From positions 2,368,001-2,432,000 of the forward strand of contig OZ244065.1 of NCBI GenBank assembly GCA_965215505.1: a DNA stretch of 64,000 bases, in the 5' to 3' direction. Of the stretch, positions 37,729-48,105 are shown piece after piece. Numbering within the stretch: the stretch's first letter is position 1; each line of letters starts with the position of its first letter. Source of the DNA: Capsulimonadaceae bacterium (GTDB lineage Bacteria > Armatimonadota > Armatimonadia > Armatimonadales > Capsulimonadaceae). The notes beneath the pieces were generated by a model. That model ran no database searches. It saw only the letters and a program-made list of their open reading frames with translations, and had not been told where the DNA came from. The position numbers and the translations under genes are program-made.

Positions 37729-39146
37729 TAGTGGCCGCCCTCCGGGATGTCCAGGCCCAAGTAGTCCCGGACGTTGCCGTAGCAGATGTTCCGGATCAGC
37801 GGACCGACCAGGTCATCGTCATCGGGAATCTCGCCGCGCTTGATGTCGTTGCCAAGAAGGTTGCACAAAACGCGCCGGAAGTACTCGTGGCGGGGGAAGG
37901 ACAGGAACGAGCGCGAGTCGGTCAGCATGCCGACGAACCGGGACAGCAGGCCGACGTTGGACAGGGCGTTGAGCTGCCACTCGATGCCCTCCTTCGTGTC
38001 CAGGAACCACCAGCCCGACCCGAACTGCATCTTGCCGGGGACGGACCCGTCCTGGAAGCTGCCGATCATGGTCGCGAGCGCGTAATTGTCGTTCGGGTTG
38101 TTGTTGTAGAGGATGGTCTTGGGCAGGGCGTCCTCGCGGTTCAGCCGGTCCAGGAACGCGCCCAGGGCGGCGGCCTGCGGCCAGTCGCCGATGGAGTCAA
38201 AGCCGGTGTCCGGGCCGAGCCGCTCCAGGCCCCGCGTGTTGACATTGCGTAACGCCCCCAGGTGGAGCTGCTTGGTCCAGCCGCGCTGGGCGTCGAGATG
38301 CCCGAAGAACAGCATCAGGTGGGCGGCGAACCTGCCCTGCTCGCCCGCCGCGACCTCCCGGCCGGAACGCAGGCGGTCGAAGATCGCGCCCGCCTCCGCC
38401 TCGGTCGGGAAGTCCGCGTAGCAGAAGGACAGGCCGTGGTCGGAAAGCCGGCACCCGTGGGCGTGGAAGAAGGAGTGCCGCCCTTCCAGGGCATCCAGGA
38501 AGTCGGGCAGGGTGGCGATGGAGGTGTCACCGGCACGCTCCAGGCGGTCGGTCCAGGCGTTGAACGCTTGCGCGCCGCCCGCCGCCAGCGCCTTGTCAGG
38601 GCGGAAGGCGGGGAAGACGCGCGTAGGGAGGTCCGACTCGGCGATGGCCTCGTGGGCGGCCAGGTCGTCGGCGGGGTCGTCCGTCGTGCAGAGCGCGGTG
38701 ACACGGAACTTGCCGAGAATGCCCCGCGTCGTCAGCGCGGGCGTCGCGAGCTGCGCGTTCGCCTCCTCCCAGATGGCGGGGGCGGTCTTCTCGTTCAGCA
38801 GTTCAGTGATGCCGAAATAGCGCAACAGCTCTAAATGCGTCCAGTGGTAGAGCGGGTTGCGGACCGTCTGCGGGACGGTCTTGGCCCAGGCCAGAAATTT
38901 CTCATACGGCGAGGCATCTCCCGTGCAGTACCGCTCCTCGACGCCGTTGGCGCGCATGGCCCGCCACTTGTAATGGTCGCCTTCCAGCCAGACTTCAAAC
39001 AGGTTGCCGAAGCGCCGGTCGTCGGCGATGTCGCGCGGCGGCAGGTGGTTGTGGTAGTCGAGGATCGGCTGCGACTCGGCGTGCTTATGGTAGAGCCGCC
39101 GGGCGGTTTCAGTTTGCAGCAGGAAGTCATCATGAATAAAAGGCAT
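37728..39146 (-). CDS. uxaC: Glucuronate (uronate) isomerase
   Basis: PILDYHNHL, GDHYKWRAMR, NPLYHWTHLEL, GSGWWFLD, MLTDSRSFLS. Confidence 0.96.
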
Positions 39147-39166
39147 CGGCTTTAGTCCTGTTCCAT

Positions 39167-40423
39167 TCAGTCCTGCCCCAGAAACAGCGGCTTCAAATGG
39201 CGCTCGTACAGGTTCTTGGTCACGTTGCGGGAGATGGTCGGCTCACAGGTTTCCAGCATGGACAGGAAGCGGTCGCCCATGAGGGCGGCGATCTTGTACC
39301 CGACGTGGATGAGTTGGCGGAGGCTCGGGTTGAAGGCGGGGTCGGCCTGGTCGTGGCGCAGGGCCGCGGCGAACTGCTCCGAAGTCCAGTCGGCCACTTC
39401 CTCGGGTGCGGGCAGTTTCGCCGGGTCAATGTCGATTACGGCGGCATAGGGCGCGCAGAGCGATTCGCGCTTCTCATAAGCCTTCGTGTAGATCTCTTTG
39501 GCGAGCGCCAGGCCCTCGCCGCCGGCCTCGGCCAGCCCGATCACCTCTTCCAGCCACGTCGTCCCCGCCGTCTTGATGTGCAGGCCCGCGCCGGACCGAG
39601 CCAAAGCCCGGCGTATCAGCGCGTAGAGGGAGAACTTGTCGCTGCCCGAATGGACGCTGAGTTTGAGGGTCCGCGGCAGCCCGAAGCGCTCGGCGGCGAA
39701 GGCCAGCACGGCGAGGTCGTCCCCGAACTCCTTTTCGAATTGGGCGATGTCGCCGACGTAGTCCACGCCCTTGTTGAACCGGCCCGTGAACTTGGGCGCG
39801 ATGGTCTGGACGGGGATGCCTTCGTCGGCGAGCGCGGCGAGGATGACCAGCAGCTCGCCCGGCGTCTGCGGGCTGTCCGTCTCGTCCATCGAAACCTCGG
39901 TGATGAACCCGGCTTCGCCCTTCGCCGCCAGAATATGGCGGTAGATGCCGCCCGCCTCCTGGACCGCCAGCAGGTACTTCCCGGCGATGCGCTCCAGGTC
40001 GGCCCGCGTCATGTCGAAGGGCGTGGCGATGCCCGGAACCGTCAGCCGCCCGACCAGGTCGGCGTGGCGGTCGGCGAAGGCCGCGAGGAGGGCGGGGTCG
40101 GCGGGTTTGCCGATCGAGTCCGCCACGTCAATGGTGTAAAAGTCGCTGGAACCGAGGAAGCCGTCTACCGTTTCCAGGCGGATGTGGTCGGCGTCCACAT
40201 GGTAGGGCCGCGTCCACCCGAGAGCCTGCACGGCGGCGTCCGCCGCCGCCCGGACGCTCCCCGGCTCCGACCCGATGGTGGTGTGTTCCCGGTGGGACTT
40301 GTTCCAGACCGGGACGATGTCAATGCCCTGCGCCGCCGCCATCTGGCAGGCGCGCAGTTGGGCCACGGCCTGGTGCGCGAAGCGGTCCCCGACGCCGAAC
40401 GAGTATTTCGATAGTTCCAGCAT
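39167..40423 (-). CDS. uxaE: Tagaturonate/fructuronate epimerase (UxaE family)
   Basis: SFGVGDRF, DADH, EVSMDET, APKF.G.F.KGVDY, KLSVHSGSDKFS, HIKTAGTTWLE. Confidence 0.88.
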   Translation of the reverse strand: MLELSKYSFGVGDRFAHQAVAQLRACQMAAAQGIDIVPVWNKSHREHTTIGSEPGSVRAAADAAVQALGWTRPYHVDADHIRLETVDGFLGSSDFYTIDVADSIGKPADPALLAAFADRHADLVGRLTVPGIATPFDMTRADLERIAGKYLLAVQEAGGIYRHILAAKGEAGFITEVSMDETDSPQTPGELLVILAALADEGIPVQTIAPKFTGRFNKGVDYVGDIAQFEKEFGDDLAVLAFAAERFGLPRTLKLSVHSGSDKFSLYALIRRALARSGAGLHIKTAGTTWLEEVIGLAEAGGEGLALAKEIYTKAYEKRESLCAPYAAVIDIDPAKLPAPEEVADWTSEQFAAALRHDQADPAFNPSLRQLIHVGYKIAALMGDRFLSMLETCEPTISRNVTKNLYERHLKPLFLGQD

Positions 40424-40454
40424 TGGAAAATAACCCTTTCCGACCTAATAATGC

Positions 40455-40592
40455 CCACGCACTGAAGTGCGAGGCTGCCAAGTGCCCGCCGTCCAGGGGA
40501 CGTAAGCCAAAGAACGCCCAGGACATAACGACTCTGCTTCCTTCCGTCCCCTGGACGGCGGGCCTTTTCCAGCCTCGGGTTTCAACCCGTGG
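40455..40592. repeat. REPIN-like palindromic element (138 bp), divergent family member
   Basis: Arms read cagcctcgcac-ttca-gtgcgtgg (40455-40477, - strand) and cagcctcgggt-ttca-acccgtgg (40570-40592); perfect 18-bp inner IR 40485-40502 / 40545-40562. Confidence 0.8.
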
Positions 40593-40648
40593 CGACACCC
40601 GCGCAACCACCGCCTCAACCGCCTTCGCCCGACAGTCGGGAAGCCCGC

Positions 40649-41923
40649 TTATCCCCGCGCCCATTCGGGCGGGTCCGTCAGGCGGTACAGCATCTCGCCG
40701 GCCTCGGGGACGTACAGGATGCCCTCGTCCTCCCGCCCCTCGTAGTCTTCCACATGGATCGTGGCGGGGTCGCGGTAGCCCAGGTTGATGCTGCGGCAAA
40801 CGTCTTCGGGAATCTGCGTCGCCAGCGTGACCAGGATGCGGTCGTGTTCCACGCCGTCTTCGTAGGTCCCCACCCCGCGCACATGGGTGGAGTGGGCCAC
40901 GACGCCCCACGACTCGTCCTGGAAGCGGTCCCACTGCTTGAGGAAGTAGTCGCGCGTGTGGTAGCCGAGCTTCTGGATGAGCGCGCCGTGTACCTCCGAA
41001 ATCTGGGATATGTGGGGGGCGTAGACGATCAGCTCGCCGCCGTCGGCGACCACGGGTTCCAATTTGTACATGCACTTGCCGCCGACCCACATGTCGTCGT
41101 ACATCAGGGGCGCGCGGGACAGGACGGAGTGGAACGGGCGCGGCTTCAGGGTGACATGGACCCGCGCGCTGTGGTCGGCGGCCTGCGACCACGCCTCCTC
41201 GGGCACCCCGGCGTACAGCCCCGCCAGCGCGTGTTCGTGGACGACGAGGCAGAAGGCCAAGGTGGGGACGGCGACCATCGCCGCCGCCCGGTCAATGACT
41301 TTCCGGACGGGCGTCCACTTGTGCCCGATGATCTTAGGGTTGGTGATGACCGCCCCCAGCCAGTGAAAAAAGTTCAGGACCTCGGCCCCGCTGATGCCGG
41401 GAAACAGGTACTTGTTGCCGCCCGAGAAGCCCACGACCTCGTGCGGGAAGACGGGACCGACGATGACAATCTGGTCGTAATCGTAGATGGCCCGGTTGAT
41501 CGTGACCGGCACGTCCATCTCGAACAGGCCGCCGGACAACTCGCCGATCTCGTCCGCCGGGATGGTGCCGAGCGACGTCAGGGCGGCGGGGTCGTCCCAG
41601 GAGTGGTTCAGCATCCTTACGCGGGCGTACCTGCCCGCGCGCTCGGCGGCCGTGATCTCCAGCCGCCGGTTGATGGCCTCGTCGCTCATGGGCGGGTGCG
41701 TGCCCAGGGCGATCATCACGTCCAGGGCGGCGGCTTCCCGCCCGATCAGGTCATGGATCACGCGGAACATCAGCCCGACGGGGGCGGTGCGCGTCGAGTC
41801 CGGGACGATCAGCAGCACGCGCTTCCCGGCGAGGTCGGCGGCGGCAAGGGCGGGAGCCACGATCGCGCGCACCTCCGGTTCACCCAGAGGGGTGATCTCC
41901 TGCATCTCCGTGCGTTGTTCCAT
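40649..41923 (-). CDS. LarA (lactate racemase)-family 2-hydroxyacid epimerase
   Basis: VPDSTR, IALGTH, NHSW, PHEVVGFSGGNKYLFPG, FFHW. Confidence 0.85.
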   Translation of the reverse strand: MEQRTEMQEITPLGEPEVRAIVAPALAAADLAGKRVLLIVPDSTRTAPVGLMFRVIHDLIGREAAALDVMIALGTHPPMSDEAINRRLEITAAERAGRYARVRMLNHSWDDPAALTSLGTIPADEIGELSGGLFEMDVPVTINRAIYDYDQIVIVGPVFPHEVVGFSGGNKYLFPGISGAEVLNFFHWLGAVITNPKIIGHKWTPVRKVIDRAAAMVAVPTLAFCLVVHEHALAGLYAGVPEEAWSQAADHSARVHVTLKPRPFHSVLSRAPLMYDDMWVGGKCMYKLEPVVADGGELIVYAPHISQISEVHGALIQKLGYHTRDYFLKQWDRFQDESWGVVAHSTHVRGVGTYEDGVEHDRILVTLATQIPEDVCRSINLGYRDPATIHVEDYEGREDEGILYVPEAGEMLYRLTDPPEWARG

Positions 41924-41989
41924 GGCCCCTAAGTTCGCCGGGCCGCCCGTGATTCCCTTCCCGACCCGGCTCCAGGCCGCGCACGGCGC

Positions 41990-42018
41990 TTGACAGACAC
42001 GGCGGCTTGTGCTATATT
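41990..42018 (+). promoter_or_regulatory. Sigma70-type promoter of the hexuronate transporter
   Basis: TTGACA 41990-41995, 17 bp, TG-n-TATATT. Confidence 0.7.
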
Positions 42019-42055
42019 GCCTGCGTCACCGATCAGGCGGGGCGGGGAATCCACT

Positions 42056-43375
42056 ATGGCACAAATCGAGCGGACGGTCCCGGCGGTCCCGAATCTTGGC
42101 GATTCCGGCGGGCCGGTCGGGAACTTCCGGTGGGTCATCTGCGGGCTGCTGTTCTTCGCGACGGCGATTAACTACATTGACCGTCAGGTCCTCGCCATCC
42201 TGAAGCCGCAGCTCTCGCACGACCTCCACTGGAACCAGCAGGACTACGCCAACATCGTCACGGCCTTCCAGCTCACCTATGCCTTCGGCTACCTCTTCGG
42301 CGGAAGGCTCATGGACCGGTTCGGCGTCAAGCGTGGACTGCCGCTGGCCGCGCTGGCCTGGAGCCTTTTCGCCGCCATGCACGGGCTGATGCGCTCGGTC
42401 ACGGGCTTCAGCGTCGCCCGCCTGGGCCTGGGCCTCTCCGAAGGGGCGATCTTCCCGGCGGCGATCAAGACCGTCAGCGAGTGGTTCCCGCTGAAAGAGC
42501 GCGCGCTCGCCACGGGCATCTTCAACAGCGCTAGCAGCATCGGCGCGATCATCTGCCCCCTGACCGTGCCCCTCCTTGCACTGAAGTTCGGCTGGCCCGC
42601 CGCCTTCTACATCACCGGCGCGCTGGGGATCGTCTGGGTCGCCGCCTGGGCCGCCCTCTACGACAGCCCGGAAACCCACCCCCGCCTGTCAAGGGGCGAG
42701 CGCGGCTACATCGAGCGGGGGCGTCCGCCGGCGGCCGCAGTGTCGGCGGCCGTGCCGTGGCCGATCCTGCTCCGTGACCGCGCCGCCTGGGCGTACATGA
42801 TCGCCCGCCTCCTGGCCGATCCGGTCTGGTGGTTCTACCTGTTCTGGCTCCCCGGCTTCCTCCACGAACACTTCCACCTGACCTCGAAGCAGGCGGGGGA
42901 CCGCGTCGGCGTCGTCTACGCGATCACGATCCTGGGGAGCATCGGCGGGGGATGGCTTGCCGCCCGGCTGCTCGGACGCGGCTGGAGCCTCAACGCTGCC
43001 CGCAAGACTTCGCTGCTGGTCTGCGCGGCGTGTGTGATCCCCGTCTTCGCGGCCTCCTCCGTCGCGAACTCCTGGGCGGCGGTGCTCCTGGTCGGCCTGG
43101 CCGGGGCCGCCCACCAAGGCTGGTCCGCCAATCTCTACACATTCGTCTCGGACACGATGCCGAAGCGGGCCGTCAGCTCCGTCGTCGGATTGGGCGGCTT
43201 CGCCGGGGGGATCGCCAGCGTGGGGAACGCGCAGATCGTCGGCCATGTGCTGACGCTCACCCACAACAACTACGTCCCTATCTTCGTCTGGGCCTCCACG
43301 ATGTACGTCCTCGCCTGGGGCTTCATCCAGGTTCTTGTCCCCAAGATCGAGCCGGCAGAGAAGCAGGCAGTTTGA
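42056..43375 (+). CDS. exuT: MFS hexuronate transporter
   Basis: RWVICGLLFFATAINYIDRQ, EWFP.KERALATGIFN, DPVWWFYLFWLP, AHQGWSAN; divergent from the uxa cluster. Confidence 0.85.
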   Translation: MAQIERTVPAVPNLGDSGGPVGNFRWVICGLLFFATAINYIDRQVLAILKPQLSHDLHWNQQDYANIVTAFQLTYAFGYLFGGRLMDRFGVKRGLPLAALAWSLFAAMHGLMRSVTGFSVARLGLGLSEGAIFPAAIKTVSEWFPLKERALATGIFNSASSIGAIICPLTVPLLALKFGWPAAFYITGALGIVWVAAWAALYDSPETHPRLSRGERGYIERGRPPAAAVSAAVPWPILLRDRAAWAYMIARLLADPVWWFYLFWLPGFLHEHFHLTSKQAGDRVGVVYAITILGSIGGGWLAARLLGRGWSLNAARKTSLLVCAACVIPVFAASSVANSWAAVLLVGLAGAAHQGWSANLYTFVSDTMPKRAVSSVVGLGGFAGGIASVGNAQIVGHVLTLTHNNYVPIFVWASTMYVLAWGFIQVLVPKIEPAEKQAV

Positions 43376-43558
43376 AGACATCCACCGCAGTTCGGCACCG
43401 CATCGGCCTCTCACAACGGCAACCATGCGACGGGCCGAGCTTGATTGAAAGCAGAGCGTTAGCCGAGAGTGGCGCGAAGATGGTGCAGGATGGAGACTGA
43501 CATAACATTGTGTTTATCGGTAACAAATCAAGGTTGCTGGGGGAGTATTGGTGTAGAT

Positions 43559-43855
43559 ATGATTGACAAAGATACCGTGCGAAGCATCGCTTTGGCCCAT
43601 ATTAACGCGCCAAGTTCCTATGGCAAACATATAGACTGTGTCATTCTTGATCAGCACACACTAGAGGAAGACTTCGGCTGGGTCTTCTTCTACCAGTCGA
43701 GGGAATACATAGAGACGGGAGATTTTTTGGCAGCGTTGGGTGGTAATTCTCCCCTGATTATTAGTGGCTTGGATGGCTCGGTCACGAAGACCGGCACGGC
43801 GCAACCTGTCGAGGTATACATCGAAGAGTACCGGAAATCGTTATCAGACCTCTAA
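43559..43855 (+). CDS. YrhB/Imm35-type immunity protein (orphan)
   Basis: TLEEDFGWVFFYQSREY..TGD....LGGNSPLII...DG; visibly lower GC. Confidence 0.75.
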   Translation: MIDKDTVRSIALAHINAPSSYGKHIDCVILDQHTLEEDFGWVFFYQSREYIETGDFLAALGGNSPLIISGLDGSVTKTGTAQPVEVYIEEYRKSLSDL

Positions 43856-44174
43856 GTGACGTGAGGCCCCTTATCGGCCCCAAACGCCTGTCTAGTGCCT
43901 GTTCCGATGGTGCGATGGGTGCTTTGTTCGTTTGATCTTCCTGGCGGAGTTTGTCTACCGTAGACGTTCGAGATGTTTGCAATAGACAAGCGCCGCCAAT
44001 CGAAACAAGCATTCCCAGCGATACCAGGGTGAGGTCGTAGGCGGCGCGACGAGCTTCCTCTACCCAGTCAGGTCTTTCCTGCTCTTCATCCACTTCCCAG
44101 CCCCAAGACCAATATGACGGCCCACGCGAACGCCGTGACTGGAACATCTACGGTGTAGGCCGACGCGGTTCTTT

Positions 44175-44768
44175 ATGTCCAACGCTCCCGAATCCCACAA
44201 CAGCAAGCCCTCTGAGGCCGAGACCGGCGGGCCACCGCTCCGCCTGACGCCCGGACAGCTCGCCGGGGCCTTTGCGGAGATGAGTCTGCACGGCTTCGGC
44301 GGCGTCATGCCCTGGGCGCGGCGGGTGCTGGTGGAGCGCCGGGGCTGGCTGGGCGATGGGGAGTTCACCGAGATGCTCTCGGTCAGCCAGCTCGTGCCCG
44401 GCGACAACGTCACGAACCTCGCCGTCATCTTCGGCTACCGCTACGGCGGGACGCGCGGGGCGCTGGCCGCCCTGGGCGGGCTGCTCGGGCCGTCCCTGAG
44501 CGTCGTGCTGACCCTGGGCTGGCTCTACCGGCACTTCGGCGGGCTGGCCGCCGTCCAGGGCGCGATGCGCGGCACGTCGGCGGTCGTCGCCGGGCTGCTC
44601 CTGGTGACGGGGATCAAGCTGCTGGGGAGCCAGCCGCGCGCCCCGCGCGTGCTGGCCTTCGGGCTGCTGGCCTTCCTTGCCGTCGGGGTGGCGCGGCTAC
44701 CGCTGGGGTGGGTGCTGCTGGCCCTGGTCCCCGCCGCCGTGCTTGCGGAGTGGAGGGCGGCCCGGTGA
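44175..44768 (+). CDS. Short-chain chromate transporter subunit (CHR family)
   Basis: GFGG, VERRGWL...EF, SQLVPG.NV.N. Confidence 0.9.
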   Translation: MSNAPESHNSKPSEAETGGPPLRLTPGQLAGAFAEMSLHGFGGVMPWARRVLVERRGWLGDGEFTEMLSVSQLVPGDNVTNLAVIFGYRYGGTRGALAALGGLLGPSLSVVLTLGWLYRHFGGLAAVQGAMRGTSAVVAGLLLVTGIKLLGSQPRAPRVLAFGLLAFLAVGVARLPLGWVLLALVPAAVLAEWRAAR

Positions 44769-45304
44769 GCGGCCCGTCAACAGACCTTTTGCTCGGGCTG
44801 GCCTGGCGGTTCGCTCTGATCTCCGTGATCGCCCTGGGCGGGCCGAGCGCCGTGCTGCCCGAAACGCACCGGCTGTTCGTCGAGGACGGCCACTGGATGA
44901 GCGACGAGCGGTTCACCGCCCTGTTCGCCTTGGCCCAGATCTCACCCGGCCTGAACACCATGTACGCCGCCCTGTTCGGCTGGCAGGTGGCCGGCCCGGC
45001 GGGCGCGGCCGTGTCGGCGGCGATGATGTACGGCCCTTCCTCCGTCTTGGCCTGGCTGGTGGAGCGGCACACGCAGCGGCACCGGGACGCCGCCTGGATG
45101 GTGATCGGGCGGCGCGCACTCGCCCCGGTCACGATCTCGCTGCTGCTGGCGAGCGGCTACCTCATCACGCGCGGCGCGGACCACAGCCCACAGGCCCTGG
45201 CGCTGACTCTCGTGACCGTCGCGCTGGGGCTGCGGACGCGGCTCAACCCGCTCTGGCTGGTCGCCCTAGGGGCGGCATTGGGCGTGGCCCGGATCATTAC
45301 CTGA
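44765..45304 (+). CDS. Short-chain chromate transporter, second subunit
   Basis: ALGG, WMSDERF..LFALAQISPG.N; GTGA overlap. Confidence 0.88.
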   Translation: MSGPSTDLLLGLAWRFALISVIALGGPSAVLPETHRLFVEDGHWMSDERFTALFALAQISPGLNTMYAALFGWQVAGPAGAAVSAAMMYGPSSVLAWLVERHTQRHRDAAWMVIGRRALAPVTISLLLASGYLITRGADHSPQALALTLVTVALGLRTRLNPLWLVALGAALGVARIIT

Positions 45305-45388
45305 CTTTGCGCCGTTCGGTGGCAGGGAACAGGAGTGCTGGGTATAACGTCCGACAGACGACGGAATTGTTTTATCCCTGGGAGACTC

Positions 45389-46237
45389 ATGCAGATGTCC
45401 GAGAAGAATCAGTCACAGTACGACGCATCGAGGCGTCTTTTCCTGCGCCGCGCCGCCCTGGCCGGGGCCGGCCTCGCCGCCGCGCCGCTGCTGATGCCGA
45501 CGGCGGCGGAGGCCGGCGGGCTGTTCGCCGCGCCCTCCACCGACGACCAAAAGAAGGTCGGCGATCAGGCCGCCCAGCAGGTCTTGAAGCAGTACCCCGA
45601 GGTCCACGACGCCCGCGCCCGCCACTTCGACCAGATCGGGCAACGACTCGTCGCCGCCCTGCCGGCCTCGGACCGGAAGACCTGGGACTTCAAGTTCCAC
45701 GTCCTGGACAGCAAGGACGTCAACGCCTTCGCGCTGCCGGGCGGCAACATGTTCATGTTCACCGGCCTGTACAAAATCCTCTCGACCGACGACGCATTGG
45801 CCGGGGTGACCGGGCACGAGATGACGCACGTCCGGTTGCAGCACTGGGCGAAGGCGCAGGCCAAACAGCAGGAGCGCTCGGCGGGGATCGGCCTGCTGCT
45901 GGGCATCTTCCACGCAGGCCAGGCGGTGCAGACGATCGCGGGGCTTGCGAACAGCGCCATCGGCCTGAAGTTCTCGCGGACCGAGGAGGACCAGGCCGAC
46001 CAGGGCGGGCTGACGAACATGGTGGCGGCCGGCTACAACCCGCAGGGCATGATCCAGCTCTTTGAAGCGCTGGAGAAGGTCAGCGGCAACGGCGGCGGTC
46101 TGGGCGGGGCGTTCCTGTCCGACCACCCGCTCACCTCGGACCGGATCACCCACACCCAGCAGCGCATCGCGGCCCTGAAGAGCCAGGGGAGCTTCCCGCC
46201 CCTGACGCCGCTCGACTACGCCAAACTGTTAGGATGA
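45389..46237 (+). CDS. Tat-exported M48 family zinc metallopeptidase
   Basis: SRRLFLRR signal; NAFALPGG, GHEMTH, FSRTEEDQAD, FLSDHP. Confidence 0.9.
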   Translation: MQMSEKNQSQYDASRRLFLRRAALAGAGLAAAPLLMPTAAEAGGLFAAPSTDDQKKVGDQAAQQVLKQYPEVHDARARHFDQIGQRLVAALPASDRKTWDFKFHVLDSKDVNAFALPGGNMFMFTGLYKILSTDDALAGVTGHEMTHVRLQHWAKAQAKQQERSAGIGLLLGIFHAGQAVQTIAGLANSAIGLKFSRTEEDQADQGGLTNMVAAGYNPQGMIQLFEALEKVSGNGGGLGGAFLSDHPLTSDRITHTQQRIAALKSQGSFPPLTPLDYAKLLG

Positions 46238-46245
46238 CGACAGAG

Positions 46246-46284
46246 AAAAAGCGGCCCTCCCGAATGGGAGAGCCGCTTCCTTTT
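46246..46284. terminator. Bidirectional terminator between the M48 and csp genes
   Basis: aaaaagcggccctccc-gaat-gggagagccgcttcctttt. Confidence 0.65.
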
Positions 46285-46315
46285 GAGGAATGAAGAAGAT
46301 TGCATTGCCGGGCGG

Positions 46316-46531
46316 TTACGCCGGGGCGGCTTCTTTCGCCACGACACAGGTGGCGTGGTCGCCTCGGGGGCCGCACTCTAGGTCGAAGACGACTTCCTGG
46401 CCTTCGCGCAGGGATTTGTAGCCGTCGCCCCGAATCACGGAGTAGTGGACGAAAACGTCCTTGCCAGGTGCCTGTTCAATGAACCCGTAGCCTTTGGCGT
46501 CATTGAACCATTTGATTTTCCCGTTGATCAT
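46316..46531 (-). CDS. Cold-shock domain protein
   Basis: [22 protein letters not shown]. Confidence 0.93.
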   Translation of the reverse strand: MINGKIKWFNDAKGYGFIEQAPGKDVFVHYSVIRGDGYKSLREGQEVVFDLECGPRGDHATCVVAKEAAPA

Positions 46532-46806
46532 CGTGTGTATCTCCTTACCTTTGCTGACTCCTTGGCGCAGTGGTGCTGCTAGAGTTCTTATGAATATCCA
46601 TATGCATAAACCGTGCCAAGTCGGCGTGTCGGCGGCAGGGAGAATAAAAATTTTCTTTTTGCGCTGTTTGCCGACCTCAGCGGTCCGGCTTGCTTTTTCC
46701 CGGCGCGGTGGGGTATACTATTCCGCACCCATTTTTTGCAGACCGTCTTCACGGACGCCGCCGACCGACGACGACTGATCCGATCACCGAGGAGTCCTTT
46801 CGCACC

Positions 46807-47085
46807 ATGCCTAACATCAAGTCCGTCATCAAGGACGTCAAGCGCTCGCGCCAGCGCCAGCTCCGCAACCAGGCCACCAAGTCCCAGATCAAGACCTACG
46901 TCAAGAAGACGCGCGCCCTGATCACGGCGGGGGCCGCCCAGCCGGGGGAGATCTCCGCCAGCGTCTCCAAGACCGTCAGCGTCATTGACAAGGCCTGGAA
47001 GCGAGGCATCATCCACAAGAACGCCGCCGCCCGCCGCAAGTCCCGCCTGATGAAGCGCGCGGCCCAGACGACCGCCCCGGCGTGA
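46807..47085 (+). CDS. rpsT: 30S ribosomal protein S20
   Basis: MPNIKS..K, IDKA.KRGIIHKNAAARRKSRL. Confidence 0.96.
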   Translation: MPNIKSVIKDVKRSRQRQLRNQATKSQIKTYVKKTRALITAGAAQPGEISASVSKTVSVIDKAWKRGIIHKNAAARRKSRLMKRAAQTTAPA

Positions 47086-47089
47086 TGAA

Positions 47090-47116
47090 AGGGGGCGCGA
47101 TGAACCGCGCCCCCAC
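47090..47116 (-). repeat. REP-like hairpin (GTGG variant)
   Basis: GTGGGGGCGCGGTTCATCGCGCCCC between convergent genes. Confidence 0.6.
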
Positions 47117-47124
47117 ATCCCCGC

Positions 47125-47973
47125 CTATGCGAGAAGCCCGCCCTTCATCGCCGCCTCTTCGGCAGCAGCCGGGTAGTCGAACCCCAGGCGTCCGGCCAGC
47201 GCCCGACCGACCCGCGCCCCTTCCTCGCGCAGCCGCTCCGCCGCCTCCTGAAATTCCTTTTCCGCCTCGCTCGACCGGCCCAATGCCGCCACCGCTTCGC
47301 CGCCGAAAGCCGCCTCCACCGCCCGCACCATCGGGGTGAGCGAATGGATGGTCATGGCCTGGATCGGGCCACAGTCCAGCCCCGTCGCCTCTATGTGCCA
47401 GAGCCGCAGGAGTTCCTGCCGGATACGATGTTCGCCCTCCCAGGCGATCAAGGTCAGGCCGCGCGCCAGCACTTTCCGGTGCTTCCGAATGTTCATCCAG
47501 AAGCCGCCGACGAGCCGGCGGACCTCTTCCGGGTCGGCAGGCTTGAAAGAGACGCTCGGGTCCGCGCCGCTGGCGAGTTTGGGCGCAAAAGCTGCGTCGC
47601 GGCAGCCCAAAACCAGGCGGGCCTCACTGCTCGGCTCCCGCGCCGTCGTTTGTATCCACAGGTCATAAATCTGACCGTCATCGAGCAGCATCTGGTGGAG
47701 CGCGGCGTCGGCACCGACGGGCCAGGTGACGCAGTGCGTCACTCGTTCCGACAGCCGGTGCGCCGATGCGGGCAATGCCTCAGTGATCTCGGCGGGCGCG
47801 GCAAGCCCGACACGCAGGTCCACGTCGCTGTGCGCGTCCCCCGCCCCGCGCGCCAGGCTGCCTCCGAGCCAGAGCGCGGCGACGGCGGGGTCGGCCCACA
47901 GGTTTCGCGCTAGTTCGATCAGCAGAGGGCGCTGTGGCAGGTCAGGCAGGGCGTCCAGGTTCAGGTCGTTCAT
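47125..47973 (-). CDS. Pol-beta superfamily nucleotidyltransferase
   Basis: LWLGGSLARG.GD.HSDVDL; helical C-terminal domain. Confidence 0.75.
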   Translation of the reverse strand: MNDLNLDALPDLPQRPLLIELARNLWADPAVAALWLGGSLARGAGDAHSDVDLRVGLAAPAEITEALPASAHRLSERVTHCVTWPVGADAALHQMLLDDGQIYDLWIQTTAREPSSEARLVLGCRDAAFAPKLASGADPSVSFKPADPEEVRRLVGGFWMNIRKHRKVLARGLTLIAWEGEHRIRQELLRLWHIEATGLDCGPIQAMTIHSLTPMVRAVEAAFGGEAVAALGRSSEAEKEFQEAAERLREEGARVGRALAGRLGFDYPAAAEEAAMKGGLLA

Positions 47974-48105
47974 GGGGTTGTCCTCGGGGATCACCGGTCA
48001 TGAATGGCCGGTGCTTCTCGCGCAGGACATTCGCCGCCGCGCGTCGAATGTCCTCTGGACAACGCCAGCGGATACACCTCCACGGCGCATAAGGAAACCA
48101 ACACC

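Noticed and set aside
43782-44147. 121-aa minus-strand ORF
   Set aside because: Overlaps the Imm35 gene 3' end, has no recognisable motif, and support is insufficient
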